The notes: generated from the letters alone by a model not told the origin. A DNA stretch of 36,995 bases from Candidatus Eiseniibacteriota bacterium (GCA_020052115.1 JAGVPR010000109.1:1-36995), one strand, 5' to 3'. Shown: positions 26,560 to 36,211, counted from the first letter of the stretch. Program-made: numbers and translations.

Positions 26560-28461
26560 ATGGTCCGTGTGGAGTCTCTCCTCTCCGCGCGCTTGTTCCT
26601 CGTTCCCCAGCTTGCCGGCGGTCGAATCTACTTCATCAGCAACCTGAGCGGCAGGCTCACGCTCTACGCCATGGACGAGGGCGGGAGCATTCCCGAGCCT
26701 CTCCTGCCGCCGGACATCGCGCTGCAGAATCCAGAGTTGATCGGCGGCCTCGCGTACCACATCTTCCCAAAGCTCGCGAAGATCCTCGTCATGATTGACA
26801 AGGACGGCGACGAGAACTACCAGCCGATGATCATCCCGATCGGCGGCGGCTTCCCCGAGCCCGCCTCCGGCGGATTCTTCGAGGGCTACCGGGTCCATTG
26901 CACTCACTGCGACCCTGAGCGGGGCCTGGCGTACTTCAGTGCCGAGTCGAAGAAAGAGCAGAACAACGAGGCGTTCCAGGTGGAGATCGAGAGCGGGCGC
27001 CGCGAGAAGATGGGGGAGAGCCGCTGGGGCTGCTGGATGGACGGCGTCAACGAGACGCACACCAAGGCGATCCTCACCGACACCTACACGGTCGGCGACC
27101 ACGTTCTCTACCTGTGGTCGAAGGGGGAGGGAGCGCGGCCGCTCTACGGCAAGCCGCTGGAGCAGCGTGCCGAGGGGGAGACCGTGGCGCTGAGCGCCAT
27201 CACCGGCTGCCAGTTCACTGCCGGCGACAAGGGTCTCCTCTTCGTGACGGCGCTCTTCTCGGACACCTTCGGGCTCGGCTACCTGCCCCTCTCAGGAGCG
27301 GGTGACGTCAGGCCGGTCGCCGTGGCCGGGACCGTCCACGAAGGGGCGGGGGAACTGGTGGGACTGCGCTCGGCGAAGAAGGGGCGCTATCTCCTCGAGT
27401 ACAACATAGACGGCTGCAGCTGGCTCTACGAAGGGACCCTCGACGAGGGCGCGCTGAAGGTGACCCTCGACACGGTCGTCTGCGGGCGCGGGACGTTGTC
27501 GCAGGGGGTCATGCACAACCCTTACTACGAGAAGACCGGGGACCGGTGGGCGCTTTCCTTCTGCACCGCGACATCCCCGACGCAGATCTACACGATCGAG
27601 GGCGCCGACCGCCGGCGCGTCAACGTGCACACGCGCGAGCGGCTCCTGGGCATTCCTGACGAGCACCTCGCGGCGGGCGAGGATGCTTCCTTCCCGTCAT
27701 TCGACGGCCGCCGCGTCTCCGCACGGCTGTATCTGCCGTCTCCTGCGCTCGGCTTCGCCGGCAGGCGGCCGCTCGTCTACTACGTCCACGGGGGCCCGCA
27801 GGGCCAGGAGCGGCCGAATTTCGCCTGGTTCTCGATGCCGCTCATCCAGTTCCTCACGCTGCGCGGCTTCGCCGTCTTCGTTCCGAACGTGCGTGGGAGC
27901 ACGGGTTACGGCCTCGCCTACACGAAGAAGGTGGACCACGACTGGGGCGGGGACGACCGTCTGGACCACATTCATGCGATGAAGGTCCTCTCGGGCGACG
28001 CGCGCGTGGATGTCTCTCGCGCCGCCGTCATCGGCCGCTCCTACGGCGGCTACATGACGCTGATGCTCGCCTCGCGGCACCCGGAACTCTGGGCCGCGGC
28101 GGTGGACATGTTCGGGCCGTATGACCTGCTCACGTTCATGGACCGCATTCCGGAGACATGGAAGCCGTATTTCGCTATCGCGGTCGGCGACCCTCAGAAG
28201 GACCGCGACTTCCTCGTCGAGCGCTCGCCGCGGTCGTACATGGACAAGATCCGCAGCCCTCTGCTCGTCATCCAGGGCGCGAACGACCCGAGGGTCGTCG
28301 AGCGCGAGTCACGCGATGTCGTCGAGCAATTGCGCGCGAAGGGGAAGGATGTCGAGTATCTGATGTTCTCGAACGAAGGGCATGACGTCTTGAAGTTCGA
28401 AAACCTCGTGCGCTGCTACGACACGATCGCGGGGTTCTTCGCGAAGCACCTGCGGCCGTGA
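26560..28461 (+). CDS. S9-family (acylaminoacyl-peptidase-like) serine peptidase, cytoplasmic
   Basis: VHGGP, PNVRGSTGYG; triad GRSYGG, GANDPRV, NEGHD; RBS AAAGGAG; no signal peptide. Confidence 0.93.
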   Translation: MVRVESLLSARLFLVPQLAGGRIYFISNLSGRLTLYAMDEGGSIPEPLLPPDIALQNPELIGGLAYHIFPKLAKILVMIDKDGDENYQPMIIPIGGGFPEPASGGFFEGYRVHCTHCDPERGLAYFSAESKKEQNNEAFQVEIESGRREKMGESRWGCWMDGVNETHTKAILTDTYTVGDHVLYLWSKGEGARPLYGKPLEQRAEGETVALSAITGCQFTAGDKGLLFVTALFSDTFGLGYLPLSGAGDVRPVAVAGTVHEGAGELVGLRSAKKGRYLLEYNIDGCSWLYEGTLDEGALKVTLDTVVCGRGTLSQGVMHNPYYEKTGDRWALSFCTATSPTQIYTIEGADRRRVNVHTRERLLGIPDEHLAAGEDASFPSFDGRRVSARLYLPSPALGFAGRRPLVYYVHGGPQGQERPNFAWFSMPLIQFLTLRGFAVFVPNVRGSTGYGLAYTKKVDHDWGGDDRLDHIHAMKVLSGDARVDVSRAAVIGRSYGGYMTLMLASRHPELWAAAVDMFGPYDLLTFMDRIPETWKPYFAIAVGDPQKDRDFLVERSPRSYMDKIRSPLLVIQGANDPRVVERESRDVVEQLRAKGKDVEYLMFSNEGHDVLKFENLVRCYDTIAGFFAKHLRP

Positions 28462-29426
28462 AGCCGGCGCCCGCCTTCGACGATGTCCGGGAGGCGGCGC
28501 GCCGGCTCGACGGCGTGGCGCACCGCACCCCGGTGCTCACGTCGCGGACCTTCGACGAGCGGGCGGGGACGCGCGCGTTCTTCAAGTGCGAGAACCTCCA
28601 GCGTGCAGGCGCGTTCAAGTTTCGCGGCGCCTACAATACGGTGGTTCGCCTGACCGGCGCCGAGCGCGCCTGCGGAGTCGTCTCCTACTCCTCCGGGAAT
28701 CACGCCCAGGGGCTCGCGCTCGCCGCGCGCCTGCTCGGCGCGCCGGCCGTGATCGTCATGCCGAACGACGCCCCGGAGGTGAAGCTCGCGGCGACGCGCG
28801 GCTATGGAGCCGAGATCGTCCTCTACGAGCGGGCGGAGGGGAAGCGGGAGGAGATCGCGAGACGGATCGGCGCCGAACGAGGGATGACGCTCGTTCCGCC
28901 ATTCGACCACCCGCACATCATCGCGGGGCAGGGTACGGCCGGCCTCGAACTCCTCGAAGAGGTTCGCGATCTCGATGTGCTCGTCGTGCCGGTGGGCGGG
29001 GGCGGGCTCATCTCCGGCTGCGCGCTCGCGGCACACGCGCTCAGGCCGTCGGCGCGCGTGGTGGGCGTGGAGCCCGCCCAGGCAAACGACTCTTACCTCT
29101 CGCTCGCGCGCGGCGAGCGCGTCGCCACGGCGCAGGCCCAGTCAATCGCGGACGGGTTGCTGCCGACGGCCCCCGGCGAGATCACCTTTCCGATCATGAA
29201 AGCGCACGTCCACTCGATCGCGCTCGTCACGGACGAGGAGATCGCAGACGCCGTGCGCTTCCTCCACGAACGGATGAAGATCGTCGTGGAGCCCAGCGGA
29301 GCCGCGACCGCGGCCGCGCTGCTTCACGGCCGGATCGAAGGCGTACGGGGGGCGAAGGTGGGCGTCATCCTCTCGGGCGGCAACGTGGATCCGAACGCGC
29401 TCACGGCGATCCTCGCGCGGGCGTGA
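28458..29426 (+). CDS. PLP-dependent serine racemase / Ser-Thr dehydratase family enzyme (threo-3-hydroxyaspartate ammonia-lyase-like, no ACT domain)
   Basis: KCENLQRAGAFKFRGA (PLP Lys), SSGNHAQG, PVGGGGL, EPSGA, LSGGN; GTGA overlap with the S9 gene. Confidence 0.92.
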   Translation: MKPAPAFDDVREAARRLDGVAHRTPVLTSRTFDERAGTRAFFKCENLQRAGAFKFRGAYNTVVRLTGAERACGVVSYSSGNHAQGLALAARLLGAPAVIVMPNDAPEVKLAATRGYGAEIVLYERAEGKREEIARRIGAERGMTLVPPFDHPHIIAGQGTAGLELLEEVRDLDVLVVPVGGGGLISGCALAAHALRPSARVVGVEPAQANDSYLSLARGERVATAQAQSIADGLLPTAPGEITFPIMKAHVHSIALVTDEEIADAVRFLHERMKIVVEPSGAATAAALLHGRIEGVRGAKVGVILSGGNVDPNALTAILARA

Positions 29427-29520
29427 GGGCCGCCCGCCGGAAAGCGCTCGCGGTGAGACGGAAACCGGCCGCGTCCGGCCCTGCGTCCCCATGGGTTCGT
29501 CCGCGCCCGGCCCGTCCAGC

Positions 29521-31044
29521 TCAGCGTGTCAGCGTCCTGACGACTTGCCCTTCCGCATTGATGATCCTCGCCACCAGCGGCATCGCGCCCGGCATGCTGT
29601 GGGTCGCGCAGCCGTGGCACGGGTCGTAGGCCCGGAACGCCATCTCGACCTTGTTGAGCAGCCCGTCATTCACCTTGCCGCCGTGGATGAGCCCCTTCGC
29701 GGCCCGCTCCACGCTCATCGCCATGCGGGCGGAATTGCCCTGGGTGGCGACGATCAGGTTCGCTTTGCGAATGAGACCCCGCTCGTCCGTCTCATAGTGG
29801 TGGATGAGCGTCCCGCGCGGCGCCTCGACGACGCCGATGCCGACGGTCGGCGTCTCCTTCGGGATCGTGCGGATGTCGGTCCCGGTGATCCCCGGGTCCG
29901 CGAGCAGCTCGTTCATCCGTTCGGCCGCCGCGATCATCTCGATCACGCGCGCCCAGTGGTTCGCGAGCGTGTGATGGACCGGCTTGCCGCCGAGCGTCTG
30001 GAAGTACTCCTCGTACGCCTTCTGGGCGATCGGCGTCGCCATGCCTTCGGAGACGTTGAGCCGCGCGAGCGGGGCCACGGAGTAGATGCCGCTGTCGGCT
30101 CCCTCGGTGAACCCTTTCCAGCCGACCGGCTTCAGGTAACAGAACTTCACGTAGCTCCAAGGCTCGACGTGCTCGGCGACGTAGTCGAGGTACTTGCCGA
30201 TCGGGAACTTCGCGCACTCCTTCCCCTCGGGCGTGACGACACGAACCTGCCCGTCGTAGAAGTTCGGCCGGTTCTTTTCGTCCACGAGCCCCATGTAGTA
30301 CGTGCGGTGCGTGTAGGCATCGGAGGTGATGAGCTTCACGTACTCCGGGTTCGCTAGCACGATGTCCTTGAACACCTGCAGCGTGAACTTCGCGAATTCG
30401 AGCCCGTCGCGCGCCGTCTCCTGAAAATGCGCGAGATCCTGCCTGGGAAGCGCCTTCGCGACGCCTCCCGGAAGCCCGAGCACCGGATGGATCGGCTTGC
30501 CGCCGAGCACGCCGATCAGCGCGCGCAGCGAGCGCCGCATCGCGATGAGGCGCTTTCCCGTCTCGACGCCCACCTTCTGGATGACGCCGACGACGTTTCG
30601 CAGCTCCTTCGGCGCCTCGGGACCGACGATGAAATCCGGTCCGCCGAGGACGTAGACATGCAGCGCGTGGTCTTCGAGCATGAAGATGTCGTAGACCAGC
30701 TCGCGAAGCATCTTCGCCGTGGGAGGCGGCTCGACCTTGTAGAGTGAATCGAGCGCCTTCGCGGCCGCCATGTGGTGCGCCGTGGGGCAGACCCCACAGA
30801 TACGGCTCGTGATCTGCGGCATGTCTTCCGCGGGCCGACCCTTGCAGAACGTCTCGAAGGCCCGGAGCTCCGGCACCTGGAAGAACGCGCGCGCGACGTC
30901 GCCCTTCTGGTCCAGGAAGATGTCTATCTTCCCGTGTCCCTCCAGCCGCGTGATCGGATCCACGGTCACGCGCCTCGTCTTCATGTAGTCCACGACCGCC
31001 TTGTCGCGCCCCTGGTTCCACACCTTTGCGACGCCATCGCTCAT
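29521..31044 (-). CDS. mvhA: [NiFe]-hydrogenase large subunit, group 3c (F420-non-reducing)
   Basis: RLEGHG; L1 RICGVCPTAH; VEAPRGTLIHHY; L2 RAYDPCHGCATH followed by a cleavable C-terminal extension. ATG at 31044 overlaps the mvhG stop (ATGA); a downstream Met (MKTRRV) is an alternative start. Confidence 0.95.
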   Translation of the reverse strand: MSDGVAKVWNQGRDKAVVDYMKTRRVTVDPITRLEGHGKIDIFLDQKGDVARAFFQVPELRAFETFCKGRPAEDMPQITSRICGVCPTAHHMAAAKALDSLYKVEPPPTAKMLRELVYDIFMLEDHALHVYVLGGPDFIVGPEAPKELRNVVGVIQKVGVETGKRLIAMRRSLRALIGVLGGKPIHPVLGLPGGVAKALPRQDLAHFQETARDGLEFAKFTLQVFKDIVLANPEYVKLITSDAYTHRTYYMGLVDEKNRPNFYDGQVRVVTPEGKECAKFPIGKYLDYVAEHVEPWSYVKFCYLKPVGWKGFTEGADSGIYSVAPLARLNVSEGMATPIAQKAYEEYFQTLGGKPVHHTLANHWARVIEMIAAAERMNELLADPGITGTDIRTIPKETPTVGIGVVEAPRGTLIHHYETDERGLIRKANLIVATQGNSARMAMSVERAAKGLIHGGKVNDGLLNKVEMAFRAYDPCHGCATHSMPGAMPLVARIINAEGQVVRTLTR

Positions 31045-32024
31045 CGCGCGCCCTCCTTCGCGGCGAGGTTCGCGCGGAGCCTCGACGCCGCGAGCCCGTA
31101 CCGGTAGAAGGTGCCGACCGGATCGGGGATGCCCGACAGGGTTTGCAGGATCTCCTCGTCGGTCTTCGGCCCGATGTTGGACGCGATCGAGGACAGGATC
31201 TTCGCTCCGTGGTCCAGGACCCGGGAGGTCGGCCCGAAGCAGCCGGTGCACGGCATGTGGCCGCCGATGCACTGCGCCTCACATCCCTGGCGCGTGGCGG
31301 GGCCCATGCAGACGACGCCCTGCGCGATGAAGCACTTCTCCGGGTCCATCAACAGCTGATGCGGCCGCCGGAACGCGGCGATGGCCAGGTCATCCGGTTT
31401 CGTGTCGCGCCGCGGACATTGCTCGCACAGCGCCACGTCCGGGGCCAGGACCGTCCCCTTGGGCGGTAGCTTCCCGGCGAGGATGGCCGCCAGCGCCTCT
31501 TGCAGGAGCTTCGGCGTCGGCGGGCAGCCCGGGATGTAGTAGTCCACGTCGACCACCTGGTCGAGCGCGCGCACGATCTGCCGCAGCCGGGGAAGCGTGA
31601 CCTCGTGACCGTTCTCAACGTAGCGCTCGAGCGGGCGGGTCTTCTTCTCGTTTACCGTGCTCGGCGATTCCTCGTAGACGTCGCGGAGCGCCTCCTCCAG
31701 CGAGAAGAGGTTCGCGAGGCTGGGGATGCCGCCCTGGTGGGCGCAGGAGCCGTACGCGACCAGGAGCCGGCACTTCGCGCGCAAGATGCGGACGATCTCC
31801 TCCTGCTCGGAACTTCGGACGGCGCCGTTGACGAGGCCGACGGCGATCGAGCCGTCCGCATGCGCCTCGAGATCCTCGAGCTTGAAGTCCATCGCCACGG
31901 GCCACAGCACGATGTCCACGGCGGCGACGACGTCGAGGATCCCCTCGGCGAGGTCCACGACCGACTCCTCGCAGCCGCCGCAGGAGGCGCACCAGTAGAG
32001 AGCGACCTTCGGCTTATCGGGCAT
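31041..32024 (-). CDS. mvhG: [NiFe]-hydrogenase small subunit, group 3c
   Basis: WCASCGGC, YGSCA, IPGCPP, CEQCPR, CF...CMGPAT..GCEAQC...PCTGCFG; no Tat signal. Confidence 0.94.
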   Translation of the reverse strand: MPDKPKVALYWCASCGGCEESVVDLAEGILDVVAAVDIVLWPVAMDFKLEDLEAHADGSIAVGLVNGAVRSSEQEEIVRILRAKCRLLVAYGSCAHQGGIPSLANLFSLEEALRDVYEESPSTVNEKKTRPLERYVENGHEVTLPRLRQIVRALDQVVDVDYYIPGCPPTPKLLQEALAAILAGKLPPKGTVLAPDVALCEQCPRRDTKPDDLAIAAFRRPHQLLMDPEKCFIAQGVVCMGPATRQGCEAQCIGGHMPCTGCFGPTSRVLDHGAKILSSIASNIGPKTDEEILQTLSGIPDPVGTFYRYGLAASRLRANLAAKEGAR

Positions 32025-32547
32025 GGCTCGTCGCCTCCTCATGGCGTTCGGACACCGCGGCCTCCAAGTGGTCGATCTCGCGGTCCCACTCGCGGAGGCG
32101 CCCGGGCAGGGCCAACGGCCCGAGCCTCACGACATCCTCGACCAGGCTGTTGACGACGGTCTTCACGCGCTCCCCCTCGGAGGCGGAGATCCACTCGAGT
32201 CGGAAGCGTTCCTTCTCGATGCCCATCTGTCCCAGCATGCGCTGCAGCAAGTGAAACCGGCGAAGGCAGTTGTAGTTGCCTTCCATGTAGTGGCAATCGC
32301 CCGGGTGGCACCCGCCGATGAGAACGGCGTCGGCGCCGCGGGCGAATGCGTCCATGACGAACTGGGGATCCACGCGCCCCGAGCACATCACCCGGATGAT
32401 GCGGAAGTGGGGCGAGTGCTTGAGCCTCGACACGCCCGCGAGGTCAGCGGCCGTGTACGTGCACCAGTTGCAGAAGAACGCGACGACGCGGGGCTTCCAC
32501 TCGGCCCTTGGGGCCGCCCCTTCGCGCGCCGCGACGTGGGCAGACAT
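32014..32547 (-). CDS. mvhD: [2Fe-2S] hydrogenase delta subunit
   Basis: FFCNWCTYTAAD, RVMCSGRVDP, GGCHPGDCHY, WISASEG; RBS GGAGGG before the ATG at 32547. Confidence 0.95.
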   Translation of the reverse strand: MSAHVAAREGAAPRAEWKPRVVAFFCNWCTYTAADLAGVSRLKHSPHFRIIRVMCSGRVDPQFVMDAFARGADAVLIGGCHPGDCHYMEGNYNCLRRFHLLQRMLGQMGIEKERFRLEWISASEGERVKTVVNSLVEDVVRLGPLALPGRLREWDREIDHLEAAVSERHEEATSHAR

Positions 32548-32564
32548 GATCCCTCCGTACCCGC

Positions 32565-34580
32565 CTACGTGACGGGCGTGAGAAGCCCTTCGATCTCGCT
32601 GAAGATCTCGTCGTCCTGGAACAGGTTCTGCCGGATGGAGCCCGACGGGCAGGAGGCCACGCAGGTCCCGCACCCCTTGCAGAGAGCCTCGTTGAGCAGG
32701 GCCTTCTTCCTTGCGGCGTCGAACGAGATCGCCGTGTAAGGACAGAGCGCGATGCACGACTTGCAGCCCGAGCACTCTTCCTCGACGATGTAGGCCGTGT
32801 TCGGCTCCAGCTCCTTCGATCCCGCATCAATGAGCGCCAGGACCTGCGCCGCCGCGGCGCCCGCCTGCGCCACCGTGTCGGGGATGTCCTTCGGGCTCTG
32901 GCAGGCGCCGGCGATGTAGACGCCGTCGGTGAAGGTGTCCACCGGCGCGAGCTTCGGGTGCCGCTCGAGGAAGAACCCCTCGCTCGAGCACGACATGTTG
33001 AAGAGCCGGCGAATCTGCTGCGAGTCGGGGCCGGGCTCCAGCCCCGTCGCGAGGACCACCATATCCACCGGCACGCGGCGGACGCGTCCGATGAGCGTGT
33101 CCTCCACGCGAATGACGAGCTTCCCCTCCTCGTCCGGCGTGAAGGCCCAGTCGCTCACCTCGGCGACGCGGCCGCGGATGAAGTGGACGCCGTCGTCCAT
33201 CACCTTGTAGAAGAACTCCTCGTAGCCCTTTCCGGCCGTCCGCATGTCGGTGTAGAAGTTGAAGACCTCGGCGCCGGTGTGCTCCTTGATGAGGTGCGCG
33301 AGCTTCAGCGAGTACATGCAGCAGACGCGGCTGCACCAGCGGTTCGTTTTCTCGTCCCGGGATCCGACGCAGTGGATGATCCCCACCGCCTTCGGCGCCT
33401 TGCCCTCGCGCGTGACGACCTGGCCGCCGGTCGGCCCCGAGGCGTTCACGAGGCGCTCGACCTCGAGCGCGGTGAAGACGTTTGGCATCCTTCCGTAGCC
33501 GTAGAAGGGCACTTTCTCCGATGGGACGGTCTGGAAGCCGGTGGCGACGATCACCGCGCCGACCTCGATCTGTTCGATCCTCTCCGTCTGCTTGAAGTCG
33601 ATCGCATCGCGGTCGCACTTCTCTGCGCAGGTCTTCTTGCACTTGCCGGACTTGAACTCGATGCACTGCTCAGGGTCTATGAGCACGAGCTGCGGAGTCG
33701 CCTGGGGAAACGGAATGTAGACAGGCTTGCGCTTGCCGAGCCCCTGGTTGAACTCGTCGTAGAACTTCCCTTCCTTGAATACGCATGCCTCGATGCACTC
33801 GAGGCACCCGACGCACAGCTCCTCGATCACGTAACGGGGCTTTCGCTTCACCGTCACCCTGTACCGGCCGACGAAGCCTTCGACCTTGGTGACCTCCGAG
33901 TACGTCCACAGCGTGATGTTCGGGTGCGAGCGCACCGCCGACATCTTCGGGGTCAAGATGCACGCCGCGCAGTCCAGGGTCGGAAAGGTCTTGTCGAACT
34001 TCGCCATGTGGCCGCCGATCGTCGGCTCCTTCTCGACGAGATAGACCTTCTTGCCGGCCGAAGCCAGCGTCAACGCGGCGTGGATGCCCGCGATTCCGCC
34101 GCCCACTATGAGAACCGCCGGGGTGATCGGCACCTTCTTCTGTTCGAGGGCCCGGTGAAGGCGGACGCGGCGCACCGCGGCGCGCGCGAGGTCAACCGCC
34201 TTCTCGGTCGCGTCGGCCGGGTCGTCGTGCACCCAAGAGACGTTCTCGCGTATGTTCACCATCTGGAAGTGGAACGCGTTCAGCCCTCCGCGCGCGACCG
34301 CGGTGCGGAAGGTGTGCTCGTGGAGCAGCGGCGAACAGGACGCGACGACGACCCGGTCGAGCTTCTGCTCACGGATGTCGTCCATGATCATCTGCTGCCC
34401 GGGGTCCGAGCACATGTACTTGTAGTCGCGGGAGAGCACGACGCCCGGGAAGCGGGCGACCGCCTGGGCGACCGCCGTGACATCCACCTTGCCGGCGATG
34501 TTGTGGCCGCAGTGGCAGACGTAGAAGCCGATCCGCGGCGAGCCGTTCTGCTGGGCCGGTTCAAACACGGGCGGGCTCAC
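32565..34580 (-). CDS. hdrA: Heterodisulfide reductase subunit A (bifurcating FAD/Fe-S flavoprotein)
   Basis: VCHCGHNI, YMCS, VASCSP, GGGIAG, FPTLDCAAC, inserted ferredoxin, HCVGSR, CSRVCCMYSLK, PKDIP, two C-terminal CxxCxxCxxxCP motifs. The start may instead be the GTG at 34568, which has better RBS spacing. Confidence 0.96.
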   Translation of the reverse strand: MSPPVFEPAQQNGSPRIGFYVCHCGHNIAGKVDVTAVAQAVARFPGVVLSRDYKYMCSDPGQQMIMDDIREQKLDRVVVASCSPLLHEHTFRTAVARGGLNAFHFQMVNIRENVSWVHDDPADATEKAVDLARAAVRRVRLHRALEQKKVPITPAVLIVGGGIAGIHAALTLASAGKKVYLVEKEPTIGGHMAKFDKTFPTLDCAACILTPKMSAVRSHPNITLWTYSEVTKVEGFVGRYRVTVKRKPRYVIEELCVGCLECIEACVFKEGKFYDEFNQGLGKRKPVYIPFPQATPQLVLIDPEQCIEFKSGKCKKTCAEKCDRDAIDFKQTERIEQIEVGAVIVATGFQTVPSEKVPFYGYGRMPNVFTALEVERLVNASGPTGGQVVTREGKAPKAVGIIHCVGSRDEKTNRWCSRVCCMYSLKLAHLIKEHTGAEVFNFYTDMRTAGKGYEEFFYKVMDDGVHFIRGRVAEVSDWAFTPDEEGKLVIRVEDTLIGRVRRVPVDMVVLATGLEPGPDSQQIRRLFNMSCSSEGFFLERHPKLAPVDTFTDGVYIAGACQSPKDIPDTVAQAGAAAAQVLALIDAGSKELEPNTAYIVEEECSGCKSCIALCPYTAISFDAARKKALLNEALCKGCGTCVASCPSGSIRQNLFQDDEIFSEIEGLLTPVT

Positions 34581-35463
34581 CTCCCTGCGGCGCTCCCGAC
34601 GTCATGGGGGGCGGGATGATGATCTTGTTGAACCCCAGCTTGTCGTTCGGGATCCCGAGCGCGAGGCCGAGGATCTGCGTGAAGTAGGCGACCGGCATGC
34701 GGAGGTCGTCGTCGAACTGCTTGTTCATCTCCTGCTGGAACGACTCGAGATTGAGCTGGCAGAGCGGGCAGGTCGTGACCACGCAGTTCGCGCCCCGGCG
34801 CCGCGCTTCCTTGAGGATGCTGTAGCTCATCTCCATCCCCACCGCGTGGATCGTGCCCATGAGGCTCGCGCCGCAACAGCGGGTGCGAAGCGGCCAGTCC
34901 ACCGTCTCGGCGCCGAGCGCTTCCATCAGCTTCTCGAAGGTCGAAGGCGTGCGGGGATCGTCGAACGACGCGAACGGACGAACGATCTGGCAGCCGTAGT
35001 AGCACGCCAGGCGCAGATGGCCGAGGCGGCTCTTCACCTTCTTGGCGATCGTCTCGACGCCGATGTCGTTGACGAGGACGTCGAGCGGATGGCGCGGCGT
35101 AACCGTGCCGGCGTAACTGTGTCCTGCATCGGCCAGCGCTCTCCCGACGACCTTCTGGACTTCAGGGTTTCCCTTCAAGTAGCGATCCGTTTTCGTCAGC
35201 ACCAGGAAGCAGGCGCTGCACGGCGCGACGAGCTGCGTCTGCCCGCTGCGCCCGTGCTGCCTCTCGGCCAGGGAGAGATTGCGGGCCGCCAGCGCCATCG
35301 CCTTGTCCTCGTCAACGGCCATGTAGGCGGTCGCGCCGCAGCAGTTCCAGTCATCGAGTTCTTCCAGCGGCACGTCGAGGGCGCGGAACAGGCTCAGCAG
35401 AGATTCCTCGTAGGCCTTTCCGGTGCTCCGCAGGCTGCACCCGGGGTAGTAGAGGTACCTCAT
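34561..35463 (-). CDS. hdrB: Heterodisulfide reductase subunit B (CCG domains)
   Basis: YYPGC...NCCGA...PCSAC and YYGCQ...RCCGA...TCPLCQ; ATGA overlap with hdrC. Confidence 0.96.
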   Translation of the reverse strand: MRYLYYPGCSLRSTGKAYEESLLSLFRALDVPLEELDDWNCCGATAYMAVDEDKAMALAARNLSLAERQHGRSGQTQLVAPCSACFLVLTKTDRYLKGNPEVQKVVGRALADAGHSYAGTVTPRHPLDVLVNDIGVETIAKKVKSRLGHLRLACYYGCQIVRPFASFDDPRTPSTFEKLMEALGAETVDWPLRTRCCGASLMGTIHAVGMEMSYSILKEARRRGANCVVTTCPLCQLNLESFQQEMNKQFDDDLRMPVAYFTQILGLALGIPNDKLGFNKIIIPPPMTSGAPQGGEPARV

Positions 35464-36107
35464 GACCAGAGCTCCTTCTCGGCCTTCTCCACGCCGTCCA
35501 TGAGCGCCTTGATCTCGCCTTTCGCGCGCACGCTCTCGGGTCTCAGCGGCAGGTGCCCCATGCGGATCAGCGTCATCCCGAGCTTCATGTCTCTGAAGAC
35601 CTTGACGAGGTTCGTCTTCCAGTAGAGCGCCATCATGAGCAGCGCTTCGCTGTTCCTTCCGCGCTTCTCGACCTGCTTGAAGAACTCCGTGGCGAGAACA
35701 GGCGTCGGCAGCTTCTTCGGGTAGAGGCCCTCGGAGATCGCCTCACGCTTGAGGGCGTACATCACGTCGGTGATTCGGATCTGGCGGGGACACTCGACCG
35801 TGCAGGAGTAGCAGGATGCGCACAGCCAGATGGTGAGGCACTGGAGGACATCGTTCTTGAAGCCTTCGCGCACCATCGCCACGATCTTCCGCGGCGTGTA
35901 ATCCATGTAGGGGCTGACGGGGCAGGTCGCGCTGCACGTGCCGCACTGGATGCAATTCAGGAATGCTTCGCCGTGGGCGCGCCATTTGACGCGCTGGGCG
36001 AACGCCGGATCCAGCTCGGACTGAAAAGCGATCTGAAGACGAACCTTCTTCGGCTCCACTACGTGAAGAGGCAAACCGTAGGGAGCAGTCGACGGCTTCG
36101 AACCCAT
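35460..36107 (-). CDS. hdrC: Heterodisulfide reductase subunit C (2x[4Fe-4S])
   Basis: CIQCGTCSATCP and WLCASCYSCTVECP; RBS AAAGGAGG before the ATG at 36107. Confidence 0.95.
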   Translation of the reverse strand: MGSKPSTAPYGLPLHVVEPKKVRLQIAFQSELDPAFAQRVKWRAHGEAFLNCIQCGTCSATCPVSPYMDYTPRKIVAMVREGFKNDVLQCLTIWLCASCYSCTVECPRQIRITDVMYALKREAISEGLYPKKLPTPVLATEFFKQVEKRGRNSEALLMMALYWKTNLVKVFRDMKLGMTLIRMGHLPLRPESVRAKGEIKALMDGVEKAEKELWS

Positions 36108-36202
36108 GGACGCGCCTCCTTTCTCGGCCCGAGAGGCGCCCACCGCCGCAACCCCACACCGATGGGCCGGCGGCAAAAGCCACAGGCCCATCGCCACGGT
36201 GC

Positions 36203-36211
36203 ATTGTATCA
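36203..36211 (-). promoter_or_regulatory. Extended -10 (TGaTACAAT) upstream of hdrC
   Basis: Minus-strand TG-N-TACAAT about 95 nt upstream of the hdrC ATG; no good -35. Confidence 0.5.

Noticed and set aside
29521-34580. Selenocysteine in MvhA, MvhD or HdrA
   Set aside because: The positions that are Sec in some homologs (DPCxxC, CNWC, LDCAAC) are Cys codons; there is no in-frame TGA.
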